Source: Bradymonadia bacterium
GTDB lineage: Bacteria > Myxococcota_A > Bradymonadia > UBA7976 > UBA1532
DNA: 64,000 nucleotides
Direction of reading: 5' to 3'
NCBI GenBank assembly: GCA_046290225.1
Contig: JBKAGE010000002.1
Span: 1-64,000, forward strand
The notes under the pieces were generated by a model. It worked only from the letters and a program-made list of their open reading frames with translations, did not search any database and had not been told where the DNA came from. The position numbers were made by a program, and so were the translations under genes. This document shows positions 18,736 through 30,612 of this stretch, piece by piece (positions within the stretch are counted from its first letter, which is position 1; each line of letters begins with the position of its first letter).

Positions 18736-21700
18736 ATGCGTAATCGTGTCTGGCGTGGCCCTGGTTGGACCCCCGCCTTGATGATCGCTCTCACGCTCAC
18801 CTTCGCGGTGGGTTGTGATGATGATGGGAGCACAGGTGGAGAAGGTGGCACTGCAGATGCCACAGTCAACACCGACGGCTCGATGGTCACAGGCGGCTCC
18901 GGTGGCGCCGCAGGTGCTGGTGGCGAAGCAGGGATGGGGGGTATGCCTGGCGGCGCTGGTGGCGAAGGCGGAGATCCCGGTGGCACCGGTGGCATGGGTG
19001 GAGATCCTGGTGGCGCCGGTGGCGCCGTAGGTGGCATGGGCGGTGACCCAGGTGGCATGGGCGGTGGTATGCCCGACCCCTGTGAGGGCATCGGCGACAC
19101 CGACGAAGATGGCATCTGCGACGACGTCACAACTGCCTCGATGTGGCCAACCCCGACCAGGCCGACGCCAACGAAGACGGCGAAGGCGACCTCTGCGACG
19201 ACGACATCGACGGCGACGGCGTGGACAACATGCTGGAGATGGCCTGTGGCAGCGATCCTGCCGATGCGGCCAGCACGCCGGAAGATGGCGACGAGGACGG
19301 CACCTGCGACATGCAGGACAACTGCCCTGGCGACGCCAACCCTGAGCAGACCGATACGGATGAAGACGGCGAGGGCGACCTCTGCGATGTCGACGACGAC
19401 AACGACGACGCCCCTGATGAGGTAGAGGCGCTGTGCGGCTCTGATCCCCTCGACGCTCAGAGCCTGCCTGCGGATGCCGATGAAGATCAGGTGTGCGACG
19501 CGGTGGACAACTGCCCTGACGACGCAAACCCCGATCAGACGAACACCGACGGCGCCGATGGCGGTGGTGACGCCTGTGACGACAACGACGATGACGACGC
19601 TGTCGACGATGCCACCGAGTTGGCCTGCGGCTCTGACCCTCTCGACGCCCAGAGTCTGCCTACGGACGGCGACGGGGACGGCACCTGCGACGCCGTGGAC
19701 AACTGCCCCGACCTCGTCAACGCCGATCAGGCCAACGCTGACGGCGCCGATGATGGCGGTGACGCATGTGACGACGACGACGACAACGACGGCGTCACCG
19801 ACGCCGAAGAGGGTGTGTGCGGCAGCGATCCCCTCGATGCCCAGAGCACCCCGCCGGACCCTGATCGCGACGGTGTGTGCACCCCCCTCGACAACTGCCC
19901 TGCCATCGCCAACGCCGATCAGGTGAACACTGACGGCGCTGACGACGGCGGCGATGCCTGCGACGCTGATGACGACAACGACGAGTTCACCGATCTCGAA
20001 GAGGCAGAGTGCAACTCGGACCCCCTCGACGGTCAGGTCGTGCCCCTCGACGACGACATCGACGGCCTCTGCGATGCCCTCGACAACTGCCCAGCGGTGG
20101 CCAACGCCGACCAGCTCAACACTGATGGTGCCGATGATGGTGGCGACGCCTGCGACGCCGACGACGACAATGACGGCGCCACCGACGAAGACGAGCTCGC
20201 CTGCGGCACCGACCCCCTCGACGCCCAGAGCATCCCTGCGAACAGCGACGATGATGGCATTTGCGATCCCCTCGACAACTGCCCGGCGGTGTCGAACGCT
20301 GATCAGGCCAACACCGACGAGGCGCAGGCCTTCTGATGTGGCGACGAGGCGAGCTGCGAGGCCCTGACGGGCTGCGACTGGGTGCAATTCGGCGCCAGCA
20401 TCTACCTCATCTGCAACGACGTGCGCTTCAACTACGCTGACGCCACGCAGTTCTGTGAGCGCCTCGGCAGCTACTAGGTCGTGGTGAACGACGCAGCCGA
20501 AAACCAGTTCCTGGTGGACAACGCATTCAACGGCTACCTGGGCATCGACGATCTCGCCGAAGAGGGCGTGTTTGTCTGGGCTGACGGCACCGCCCTCGAC
20601 TACGACAACTGGGGTGGCGGTGAACCCAACGACACCAACAACAACGAAGATTGCGCCAACGTACGCGGCGACGGCCGGTGGAACGACATCAACTGCGCCA
20701 GCGGGCAGCCCGTGGCGTGTGAGCTGATCCTCTTCGACGACGTGGGCGACGCCTGTGACGACGACACCGACAACGACGGCGTCGCTGACGCGCTCGATCT
20801 GTGCCCAGCGAACTTCGATCCGTCTCAGGCGTCCAGTGACGTCGTTGCCGATGCTGCCTTTGACTGTGGAGATCAGGCGGCTTGTGAAGAGGCCACTGGG
20901 TGTGTGTGGTTCGACTCTGGCCGTGCCCTGTACCTGATGTGCGATCAAGGCGATGGTGGGGTGAGCTATGCAGAAGCTGAAGCCCTCTGCGCAGCCCAAG
21001 GTGGCCAGATCCCCGTCGTGTGGGACGAGGCCGAGCAGGACGCGCTCCGCGCCTTCGGCTTCTCTTCTGGCTCGACGCCTCAGATGCAGCCCTGGAAAGC
21101 GAGTGGCGGTCCAGCGACGGCACCCTGCTGACCTTCACCCCCTGGAGCGACAACCAGCCCGACAACTTCAACGGCGCCGAGGACTGCGCCATCAGCCAGG
21201 GCGGCGGCGGCACCTGGGGTGATAGCCGATGCGACGGCCAACGGGACTATGCATGTCAGCTGCCCTACACCGACAGCGTAGCTGACGGCTGCGACACCTG
21301 CCCCGACGACCTCGACCCCATACAGCTCGACGCCGACGGTGACGGTGTGGGTGATGCCTGTGACACCGACACCGACGGTGACGGCGTGCTCAACGTGCTG
21401 GACAACTGCCCCAATGTGGCCAACGCCGATCAGGCAGATGGTGACGGCAGTGGCAGCTTCAACTGCGGTGGCGTAGCGAGCTGTGAGGCCGAGAGCGGCT
21501 GTGACTGGCTCACCGACGGCAACGGCCGCGCGTGGCTCGCGTGCAACATCGCCCGCAACTTCGACGATGCCCGGGCCTACTGCCAGCAGTTCGGCGGTGA
21601 TCTCGTCATCGTTGACGACGCCGAAGAGCAGGCTGTGCTCGCTGGCTACAGGAACAGTGGCTGGATCGGGCTGAGAGACGTGGTGGGCGACAACCGTGGC

Positions 21701-24106
21701 TGGTACTGGGTGGACGGCACCGAGCTCACCGACGAAGACGCCCGCTGGGATGACATCGAGCCCAACGGCATCAACGAGGGGTGTGCCCAGATCTGGAATG
21801 ACGGTACGGACTGGAACGACGCGAACTGCGGTGGGCAGAACGCGTTCTTCTGCGAGACCGTCGGTGACCAACTCGGCGACGTCTGCGACAACTGCCCCGA
21901 CGTCAGTAACGGCGACCAGCTCGACACTGACGGTGATGGCTTCGGTGATGCCTGCGATGATGACGACGACAACGACGGTTACAGCGACGAAGCCGAGCGC
22001 GCCTGTGGCACCAGCACCGTCGACGCCAGCGTCGGCGCGGTGGACGACGACGCAGATGGCACCTGCAACCGCATCGACAACTGCCCAGCCATCGCCAACG
22101 CAGATCAGCTCGACACAGATCGGGATGGTGATGGAGATGCCTGCGACCTCGACGATGACGATGACCAGTTCACCGACGAGGAGGAGGCGGCTCTGGGGAC
22201 TGATCAATTGCTGGCCGACACCGACGGTGACGAGCGCACTGACTACCAGGAGATTGTCCTCGACGGCACAGATCCACTCGACATCAACTCCGTGGTGGCC
22301 CTGACCAACCGCTTCGACTACGAGCTCACTGATGGCATCGGCTTCTTGTGGGACATCAACAGCCGCGGCGCGTTCAACAACGGCACCAGCGACGCCTTCG
22401 ACAACTATGGCTACCTCAACATCAACGGCACCCGGTTCCCCAGCCAGGACACAGGGGCCCTGAGCGAAGACGGTCGCACGTTGACGCTGGGGCCGGTGCT
22501 GATGGACGGGTTGCGGGTCTATCGTCAGTTCTTCATCCCCGAGAATGATGGCTACGCCCGTGTCATCGAGATCATCGAGAACCCCACCGACGAGGCCATC
22601 CTCACCGCCATCGACTTCGACGGCGATCTTGGCTCCGACGAAGAGACCGCGGTGTACGCCAGCGACAACGGTGATTTCATCGCTGACCTCGGCGATCTCT
22701 GGTTCGTCACCGACGACACCCCCGGAGACGATGATCCCACCTTGGGTCACGCCTTTGCAGATCCCTCGTCTCTCGGTGCGCTGAACCGGCTGGTCTACAC
22801 TGAAGATGAATTTGAATGGGGAACGACCACGACGGTGCCTGCAGGCAGCACCATCCGCTTCGCCTGGTTCATGACCCAGCAATCGGGCACTCAGGACGCC
22901 ATCGATCAGATCTCCACCATCGCCAATGATCCTGGGGCTTACCTCGCTGACCTCTCTCAAGAGGCCCAGAACACGGTGTTCAACTGGTCCTTGGGTGTCG
23001 ATACAGACGGTGATGGCCTCAGCGACGCGCTCGAGGCTTTGCTGGGGACCGACGTCGATAACCCCGACACGGATGGTGACTCGGTCCCCGACGGCCTTGA
23101 GTTCAACGCAGGGACCGACCCGCTCGTGGCAGATGGTGACATCGACACCGATGGTGACGGCATCGCCAACGATGCCGAGATCGCCCTCGGCACCAACCTG
23201 CTCAACCCCGACACAGACAATGACGGCCTACGTGATGATGAAGAGCTGGCTCTCGGCACCGATCCCACCGACGCCGACTCGGACAACGGCGGCATGCTCG
23301 ACGGTGATGAGGCTCAGGCGGGCAACGACCCCCTCGATCCGACGGACGACTTCACGACCCTCGAGCATCAACTCTTGGACGCGGCAGGTTTCCTGTGGGA
23401 TGTCGACGACCGCGGTGACATCGATGACGGTACGAGCGATGCCTATGACAGCATGGGTTTCATGTCACTCAACGACACTCGCATCAACCGACAGAACACC
23501 GCCCTCTTCGAACTCGAGGGCCGCCAGTTACTGTTCAGCGATACAGTGACCTTCACCGCCGCTCTGCTCGACGCCACGCCCATCGACGTCGAGGTGCTCA
23601 ACGAGCGCCGCCTCTATGTGCCCGCTGATGGCCAGTTCCTTCGCTATGTCGACTCGTTCACCAACCTGAGCGCAGAGACCATCGTCTTCACCGCGAACTT
23701 CAACGGCAACTTGGGCTCCGACAGCAGCACCAACCTCATCGCCAGCAGCAACCAGCCTGTTGTGGAAGCCGACGTGGTCGACGCCACCGATCGCTGGTTC
23801 GTCAGCGACGACGATGACGATGGCAGTGACGATCCGACCCTCGGGTTCGCGTGGCAGAGCGCGAGCGCTCCAGCACAGGCCGCTTCAGCGACGTTGAGCC
23901 GCGACGATGTCGACATCCAGTTCGAGATCACCCTGGCCCCTGGAGAGACGAAGAGCCTCATGTTCTTCATGAGCCAGCACCGAGATCGGGCCGAGGCCCA
24001 GCAGATGGTGCCGCTCTTCGAGTTCGCCGGCGATGTAGGCGCCGGCATCGGCGACGATCTGCTCGCCAACATCCAAAACAGGGTCGTCGAGGTCGACGAG
24101 CTCTGA
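18736..24106 (+). pseudogene. Giant TSP3-repeat / 3x C-type lectin surface lipoprotein (~1790 aa reconstructed), disrupted
   Basis: Collinear paralog of 24241-30528. Lesions: -1 frameshift after 19128, TGA 20334-20336, TAG 20475-20477, -1 frameshift near 21063. Could be sequencing errors. Confidence 0.8.
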
Positions 24107-24240
24107 TCTCGCGGCCGCTCCCCCGCCTTCCTGTCTCCCGGCCGACTCTGGCCAGCCCACCCACACACCATTCATTTTGCGGCTTTTAGGGCCTTTCCGT
24201 CGCATTCCCCTCGTTGAACGAATCAATTGAGGAGACTCAC

Positions 24241-27200
24241 ATGCGAGACCATGCCCTAAGAGGCCTTGGATGGGGCCCGGCCTTGATGGTGGCCCTGTCG
24301 CTCACCTTCGCGGCAGGCTGCGACGATGACGGCAGCGAAACAGGGGCTGGTGCCCTCGACGCTTCGGTGAGCGCTGACGGCTCAGTCCAGGCTGGCGGCT
24401 CCGGCGGCAATGTTGGCGGTGCAGGCGGTGCTGGCGGTGAAGCTGGCGGTGATCCAGGTGGTGCTGGAGGCGCCGGTGGTGAGGCTGGCTCTGGTGGTCT
24501 GGGTGGTATGCCCGGTGGTGCTGGCGGTATGGGCGGCGACCCTGGAGGCGCCGGTGGCGAAGCGGGCATGGGCGGCATGCCTGGTGGCGCTGGTGGTATA
24601 GGCGGTGACCCAGGTGGTGCCGGTGGTATGGGTGGCGACCCCGGTGGTGCCGGTGGCGCCGTAGGTGGCATGGGTGGTGACCCAGGTGGCATGGGCGGCG
24701 GTATGCCTGGCCCCTGCGAGGGTGTCGGCGACGCCGACGAAGATGGCATCTGCGACGATGTCGACAACTGCCCTGACGAGCCCAACCGTGGCCAGCGAGA
24801 CACCGATGAGGATGGTGAAGGTGATCCCTGCGACCTCGATCGCGACGGTGACGGCGCCGACAACCTCGAGGAGATGGAATGTGGCAGCAATCCTGCGGAT
24901 GCGAACAGCACTCCGCAGGATGGAGACGCAGACGGCCTCTGTGACCCTCTCGACAACTGCCCCGGCGACGCCAACCCCGACCAGACCAACACCGACGCTG
25001 ATGATGACGGCGACGCCTGTGACCCGGACGATGATGGCGACGAGGTGCCCGACGAGGTCGAGGTGCTCTGTGGCTCTGATCCCCTAGACGCCCAGAGCCT
25101 GCCTGCAGATGCCGATGGAGACGAGATCTGCGACGCCGTGGACAACTGCCCAGCCATCACCAACGCCGACCAGCTCAACACTGATGGTGCAGATGACGGT
25201 GGCGACGCCTGTGACGCCGATGACGACGGCGATGACATCTCGGATGTCGTGGAGCTCGCCTGCGGCTCTGACCCGCTGGACGCTCAGAGCCTCCCTGCTG
25301 ACGGTGATGCGGACGACACCTGCGACGCTCAAGACAACTGCCCTGACATTGCCAACCCAGATCAGCTCAACACAGACGGCGCCGACGATGGTGGCGACGC
25401 CTGTGATGATGACGACGACAACGACGGCGCCACTGACGAGGAGGAGGTCAGTTGCGACTCTGACCCCCTCGACGCCCAGAGCCAGCCTGCCGATCCGGAC
25501 GGAGACGAGATCTGCACGCCCTTGGATAACTGCCCGGCCATCAGCAACGCCGATCAGGCCAACACTGACGGCGCAGATGACGGCGGCGACGCCTGTGACG
25601 CCGATGACGACGATGACGGCTTCACCGACCTGGAAGAGGCAGAGTGCGACACTGACGCTCTCAGTGACGAGAGCGTGCCCCTCGATGACGACGGCGATGA
25701 GCTGTGCGACTTCATCGACAACTGCCCCAATGTGGCCAACGCTGATCAGCTCAACACTGATGGCGACGACCTCGGCGACCTCTGCGACGACGATGATGAC
25801 GGCGACGATGTGACCGATGAAGAGGAAGCCGCCTGCGGCTCCGACCCGCTCGACGCCGAGAGCACCCCGAGCGATGCCGACGGAGACGAGGTGTGCGATG
25901 CCATCGACAACTGCCCCGATGTGGCCAACGCCGGTCAGGAAAACACCGACGAGGCTCGAGGCTTTACCTGTGGTGACGAGGCGACCTGCGAAGCCCAGAC
26001 GAGCTGCGATTGGGTGCAGTTTGGCACCAGCACCTACCTGATCTGTGGTGATGAGCAGGAGATGGCATACGAAGACGCCGAGGCGTTCTGCGCAGGCCTC
26101 GGCAGCCGTCTCGTGATCATCAACGATCAGGCGGAGAACGACTTCCTGGTCGCGAGTGGCTACTCCGGTGCCATCGGCCTCACCGATCGTACCGAAGAAG
26201 GCGTCTTCGTGTGGGCGGACGGCACTGCCCTCGACTACGAGAACTGGAACCGCGGTGAGCCCAACGATCTCTTCGGCGAAGACTGCACTGCCATCCGCGC
26301 CGACGGCACCTGGAACGACTATGGATGCAACAGCGATACCTGGCTGGCCTGCGAGGTACCTCTCTTCGACAACGTGGGCGACGCCTGCGACGACGACACT
26401 GACAACGACGGCATCGCTGATGACGTCGACCTCTGCGTCGACGACTTCGACCCCGAACAGCTCGACAGCGACGCCATCGAAGGCGCCACCTTCGCCTGTG
26501 GCAACCAGATCAGTTGTGAAGAAGAAGCTGGCTGCGAGTGGTTCGACTCTGGTCGTGCCTACTACTTGAGCTGCCCCTACGACGCCGACGGGGCCACCGT
26601 GGAGCAGGCTCGGGAGCTCTGCGCCGACCAGGGTGCTCAGCTCCCAGTCGTCTGGGACCAGGCGGAGCAGGACTTCCTTTCAGGCTTGGGCGGGTTCTTC
26701 TGGGTCGACGCCAGCGACAGCGCTCTGGAGGGCGAGTGGCGGTCCAGCGACGGCACCCTGTTGCCCTTCACCCCCTGGAGTGATGGCCAACCCGACAACT
26801 TCGACGGCGCCGAGGACTGCGCCATCAACCAGGGTGGTGGCGGCACCTGGGGCGACACCCGCTGTGACGATCAGCGCGAGGTGCTCTGCCAGCTGCCCTA
26901 CACCGACAATCTGGCCGACGGCTGCGACACCTGCGACGACGTCATCGACCCGCTGCAGCTCGACGCCGACGGTGACGGCATCGGTGATGTCTGTGACGAT
27001 GACACTGACGGTGACGGTGTACTTGATGCCGTGGACAACTGCCCCAGCGTGGCCAACGCCGATCAGGCGGACAGCGACGGTACCGGCAGCTTCAACTGTG
27101 GCGGGGCAGCGAGCTGTGAAGCCGAGAGCGGCTGCAGCTGGCTCACCGACGGCGACGGCCGCGCCTGGCTCGGCTGCAACTTCAACCGCACCTTCGACGA

Positions 27201-30200
27201 CGCCCGCGCCCACTGCCAGCAGTTCGGCGGCGATCTGGCCATCGTCACCGACGACACGCAGGCGGCCATCTTCGCCGCCTTCAGGACCCGAGCCTGGATC
27301 GGCCTGAGAGACATCGTGGGCGACAACCGCAGCTGGTATTGGGTGGACGGCACCGAGCTCACCGACGAGGACGCCCGCTGGGACGACTTCGAGCCCAACA
27401 GCGTCAACGAGCGCTGCGCCACCCTTTGGGAAGACGGCACCGTCTGGAACGACGGCAACTGCAGCGGCACCCGGGCCTTCTTCTGCGAGCCCGCCCCCGA
27501 CCGCGTGGGCGACGCCTGCGACCTCTGCCCCGACGTGCACGACATCGACCAGACCGATGTGGACGGTGACGGCATCGGTGACGCCTGTGACGATCTCGTC
27601 GACAGCGACGGCGACGGCGTCTCAGACGACGCCGAGACCGCCTGCGGCACCGACGCCGACGACAGCAGCTCCACCCCTGGCGACGACACCGACGGTGACG
27701 GCTACCCCGACGCCTGCGATGTGTGCCCCGACGTGTCCGACGATCAGACCGACACCGACGGCGACGGCGCCGGCGACGTCTGTGACGACGACAGCGACAA
27801 CGACGGCGTCGAGGACGCCGCCGACAACTGCCCCGTGGACGCCAACGACGATCAGAACAACAGCGACGCAGTGGACAGCTTCAGCTGTGGCGACGCCATC
27901 GACTGCGCGGCCCAGACCGGCTGTGAGCAGATCACTTACGACGGCGCACCCTACCTGGTTTGCAATGACACTCAGACCTGGGAGGACGCCCGCACCCTCT
28001 GTCAGAACTATGGGGGTGATCTGGTCGTCCTCGACACCGCGGCAGAGTCAGACTCGCTCGGCAGCCTCGTGAGCGGCACCAACTTCTGGATCGGCCTCAC
28101 CGACATCAACGACGAGGGCAACTTCGTGTGGGTGGACGGCAGCGACACCAGCAGCTTCGACGCCTGGCGCAGCGGTGAGCCCAATGACGCCAACAACCGA
28201 GAGGACTGCGCAGAGCTGAGGTCTGACGGTGAATGGAACGATCTGCCCTGTGACAACACCCGAGCGTACATCTGCGCCCTCGTTCAGGACAACGTGGGTG
28301 ACGCCTGCGACAACTGCCCCGCCGTGGGCAACCCCAACCAGCTCGACACTGATGGTGACGGCTTCGGTGACAGCTGCGACGACGATGACGACGGCGACGG
28401 CTACACCGACGATCAAGAGGTGGCGTGTGGCACCAGCACCACTGATCCCACCGAGGCGGCCATCGACGGCGACGCCGACGAGGTCTGTGACCGGATCGAC
28501 AACTGCCCCGACCTGGAAAACGCCGATCAGCTCGACACTGACGGTGATGGCCTCGGCGATGCCTGCGACGATGATGACGACAATGACTTCCTCACCGACG
28601 AAGAAGAGGCTGAGGCTGGCACGGATCCGTTGCGGGCCGACTCCGACGACGACGATCGCACCGACTACCAGGAGATCGCCCTCGATGGCACTGATCCCAA
28701 CGATGCCAGCTCGGTGGGATCTTTCGTCTACTTCGACCACGATCTCGTCGACGGCGGGGGGTACCTCTGGGACATCCGCGAGGCCGGAGACTTCCAGAGC
28801 GGCGAGAACGACACCTTCAACGACTACGCCCGCCTCCTCGTCGACGATGTCGAGTTCCCCGAGCAGTACACTGCCGCCGAGAGCGCAGACGGCCGCACGG
28901 TGACCTTGGGTCCGGTGCTCATGGGTGATCTGCGGGTGTACCGTCAGATCTTCGTGCCTGCTGATGCTGCCTATGCCCGGATCGTCGAGTTGGTCGAGAA
29001 CCCCACCGACGAGGCCCTCGCCGCCACCCTCGACTTCGATGGTGACGTGGACTTCGACGAAACCATCGAGCTGTTCGCCGATGCCAATGCTGACGGCGTC
29101 GAGACCATCGCGGACACGTGGCTGGTGCACCAGGACAGCTCCAGCGACGAGACCACCAAGCTGGGACAAGTCTTCGCCGATCCGGCCTCCATGGGCGCGC
29201 TCAACACCTTCAGCCTGGACGAGGGCCGGTTCCAGTGGGGCACTCGAACCCTCGTCCCTGCCGGCGGCGAGGCCCGCTTCGCATGGTTCCTGGTCCAGCG
29301 TGAGGTGGTGGAAGACGCCGTCACTGAGAGCGCCACCATCGCGGGCGACCCCGCCGCCTACCTCGCCGACCTCTCTGCAGAGGAGCAGGCTACAGTGATC
29401 AACTGGCAGCTCTCCACCGACACTGACGGAGACGGCCTCAACGACATCCTCGAAGGCCAGCTGGGGAGTGATCCCGAAGACAGCGACTCTGACGATGATG
29501 GCGTGCCTGATGGCCTCGAGATCAGCGCTGGCACCGACTTGCTGGTGGCCGATGGTGACGCCGACGCAGACGCAGACGGCCTGAGCAACAGCGAAGAAGC
29601 AGAGCTGGGCACCAACTTGTCCAACGCCGACAGTGACGGCGATGGCCTGCAGGATGGCGCCGAGATCGAGCTGGGTGCTGATCCCTCCGTGCAGGACACC
29701 GACGGCGGCGGCATGGGCGACGGCGATGAGGTCACCGAAGGCCTTGATCCCACCGACGCAGCTGATGATCTCGCCGAGCTCATCTTCACCCTCATCGATG
29801 GCGCAGGCTTCACCTGGGACGTGGACACCCGAGGGCAGATCGACGACGGCACCGACAACGCCTACGACAACGCCGGCTACATCGAACTCAACAGCGAAGA
29901 CTTCACCTCTCAGCAATGGGCAACCTACGAGCTCGACCGACGGCAGCTGCTGCTCACCGACATCCTTAGCTTCATCGCGAGCTCCGACGAGGGCGCGATG
30001 CTCAACGCGAGCGTACTCACCGAGCGCCGGGTGTACGTGCCCGAAGACGGCCAGTTCGTCCGCCACGTGGACTCGCTCACCAACCTCGGCGACGAGACCA
30101 TCACCTTCACCGCCAACTTCAACGGCGACTTGGGCTCAGGGCGCGACACCACCCTCGTCGACAGCAGCAGCGTGTCTTTGATCGAAGACGACGTGGTCAA

Positions 30201-30528
30201 CGAGAGCGATCGCTGGTTCGTCAGCGACGACGAGACAGACGGCGACGGCACCCCGGCCTTGAGCTTCGCCTGGCAGAGCGAGCTCCCGTCGCTCACAGCT
30301 TCTTCGGTCACCTTCAGCGGCGATGACTTCGACATCTATTTCGAGGTCACCCTGGAGCCCGGTGAGACGAAGAGCCTCATGTTCTTCATGGGTCAGTACG
30401 CCAGCCAGAACGATGCCCAGAGTATGGTGTCCCTCTTCGAGTTCGGCGGCGCCTACATCTCGGGCATCGACGACACGCTGCTCGGCACCATCCAGAACTG
30501 GTCGGTGGATCCCATCATCGAGCGCTGA
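24241..30528 (+). CDS. Giant surface lipoprotein: Gly/Met linker, thrombospondin type-3 Ca-binding repeats, 4 C-type lectin domains, two C-terminal beta-domains
   Basis: GAGGAG RBS; FAAGC lipobox; DNCP..ANADQ..DGD.GDACD repeats; WIGL, EPN/QPD and WND lectin motifs. Confidence 0.88.
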   Translation: MRDHALRGLGWGPALMVALSLTFAAGCDDDGSETGAGALDASVSADGSVQAGGSGGNVGGAGGAGGEAGGDPGGAGGAGGEAGSGGLGGMPGGAGGMGGDPGGAGGEAGMGGMPGGAGGIGGDPGGAGGMGGDPGGAGGAVGGMGGDPGGMGGGMPGPCEGVGDADEDGICDDVDNCPDEPNRGQRDTDEDGEGDPCDLDRDGDGADNLEEMECGSNPADANSTPQDGDADGLCDPLDNCPGDANPDQTNTDADDDGDACDPDDDGDEVPDEVEVLCGSDPLDAQSLPADADGDEICDAVDNCPAITNADQLNTDGADDGGDACDADDDGDDISDVVELACGSDPLDAQSLPADGDADDTCDAQDNCPDIANPDQLNTDGADDGGDACDDDDDNDGATDEEEVSCDSDPLDAQSQPADPDGDEICTPLDNCPAISNADQANTDGADDGGDACDADDDDDGFTDLEEAECDTDALSDESVPLDDDGDELCDFIDNCPNVANADQLNTDGDDLGDLCDDDDDGDDVTDEEEAACGSDPLDAESTPSDADGDEVCDAIDNCPDVANAGQENTDEARGFTCGDEATCEAQTSCDWVQFGTSTYLICGDEQEMAYEDAEAFCAGLGSRLVIINDQAENDFLVASGYSGAIGLTDRTEEGVFVWADGTALDYENWNRGEPNDLFGEDCTAIRADGTWNDYGCNSDTWLACEVPLFDNVGDACDDDTDNDGIADDVDLCVDDFDPEQLDSDAIEGATFACGNQISCEEEAGCEWFDSGRAYYLSCPYDADGATVEQARELCADQGAQLPVVWDQAEQDFLSGLGGFFWVDASDSALEGEWRSSDGTLLPFTPWSDGQPDNFDGAEDCAINQGGGGTWGDTRCDDQREVLCQLPYTDNLADGCDTCDDVIDPLQLDADGDGIGDVCDDDTDGDGVLDAVDNCPSVANADQADSDGTGSFNCGGAASCEAESGCSWLTDGDGRAWLGCNFNRTFDDARAHCQQFGGDLAIVTDDTQAAIFAAFRTRAWIGLRDIVGDNRSWYWVDGTELTDEDARWDDFEPNSVNERCATLWEDGTVWNDGNCSGTRAFFCEPAPDRVGDACDLCPDVHDIDQTDVDGDGIGDACDDLVDSDGDGVSDDAETACGTDADDSSSTPGDDTDGDGYPDACDVCPDVSDDQTDTDGDGAGDVCDDDSDNDGVEDAADNCPVDANDDQNNSDAVDSFSCGDAIDCAAQTGCEQITYDGAPYLVCNDTQTWEDARTLCQNYGGDLVVLDTAAESDSLGSLVSGTNFWIGLTDINDEGNFVWVDGSDTSSFDAWRSGEPNDANNREDCAELRSDGEWNDLPCDNTRAYICALVQDNVGDACDNCPAVGNPNQLDTDGDGFGDSCDDDDDGDGYTDDQEVACGTSTTDPTEAAIDGDADEVCDRIDNCPDLENADQLDTDGDGLGDACDDDDDNDFLTDEEEAEAGTDPLRADSDDDDRTDYQEIALDGTDPNDASSVGSFVYFDHDLVDGGGYLWDIREAGDFQSGENDTFNDYARLLVDDVEFPEQYTAAESADGRTVTLGPVLMGDLRVYRQIFVPADAAYARIVELVENPTDEALAATLDFDGDVDFDETIELFADANADGVETIADTWLVHQDSSSDETTKLGQVFADPASMGALNTFSLDEGRFQWGTRTLVPAGGEARFAWFLVQREVVEDAVTESATIAGDPAAYLADLSAEEQATVINWQLSTDTDGDGLNDILEGQLGSDPEDSDSDDDGVPDGLEISAGTDLLVADGDADADADGLSNSEEAELGTNLSNADSDGDGLQDGAEIELGADPSVQDTDGGGMGDGDEVTEGLDPTDAADDLAELIFTLIDGAGFTWDVDTRGQIDDGTDNAYDNAGYIELNSEDFTSQQWATYELDRRQLLLTDILSFIASSDEGAMLNASVLTERRVYVPEDGQFVRHVDSLTNLGDETITFTANFNGDLGSGRDTTLVDSSSVSLIEDDVVNESDRWFVSDDETDGDGTPALSFAWQSELPSLTASSVTFSGDDFDIYFEVTLEPGETKSLMFFMGQYASQNDAQSMVSLFEFGGAYISGIDDTLLGTIQNWSVDPIIER

Positions 30529-30612
30529 GGCAACATCAGCTTGCCCCCTCTGGCCGCCCTCCCCACCAGGTGATATGCATCTCCCACCACATCATGATGG
30601 CTGGAGAGATGC

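Noticed and set aside
18736..30528. Paralogous C-type lectin segments as DGR template/variable repeats
   Set aside because: Differences are not adenine-specific (mostly synonymous third-position changes), and no reverse transcriptase or Avd gene is present.
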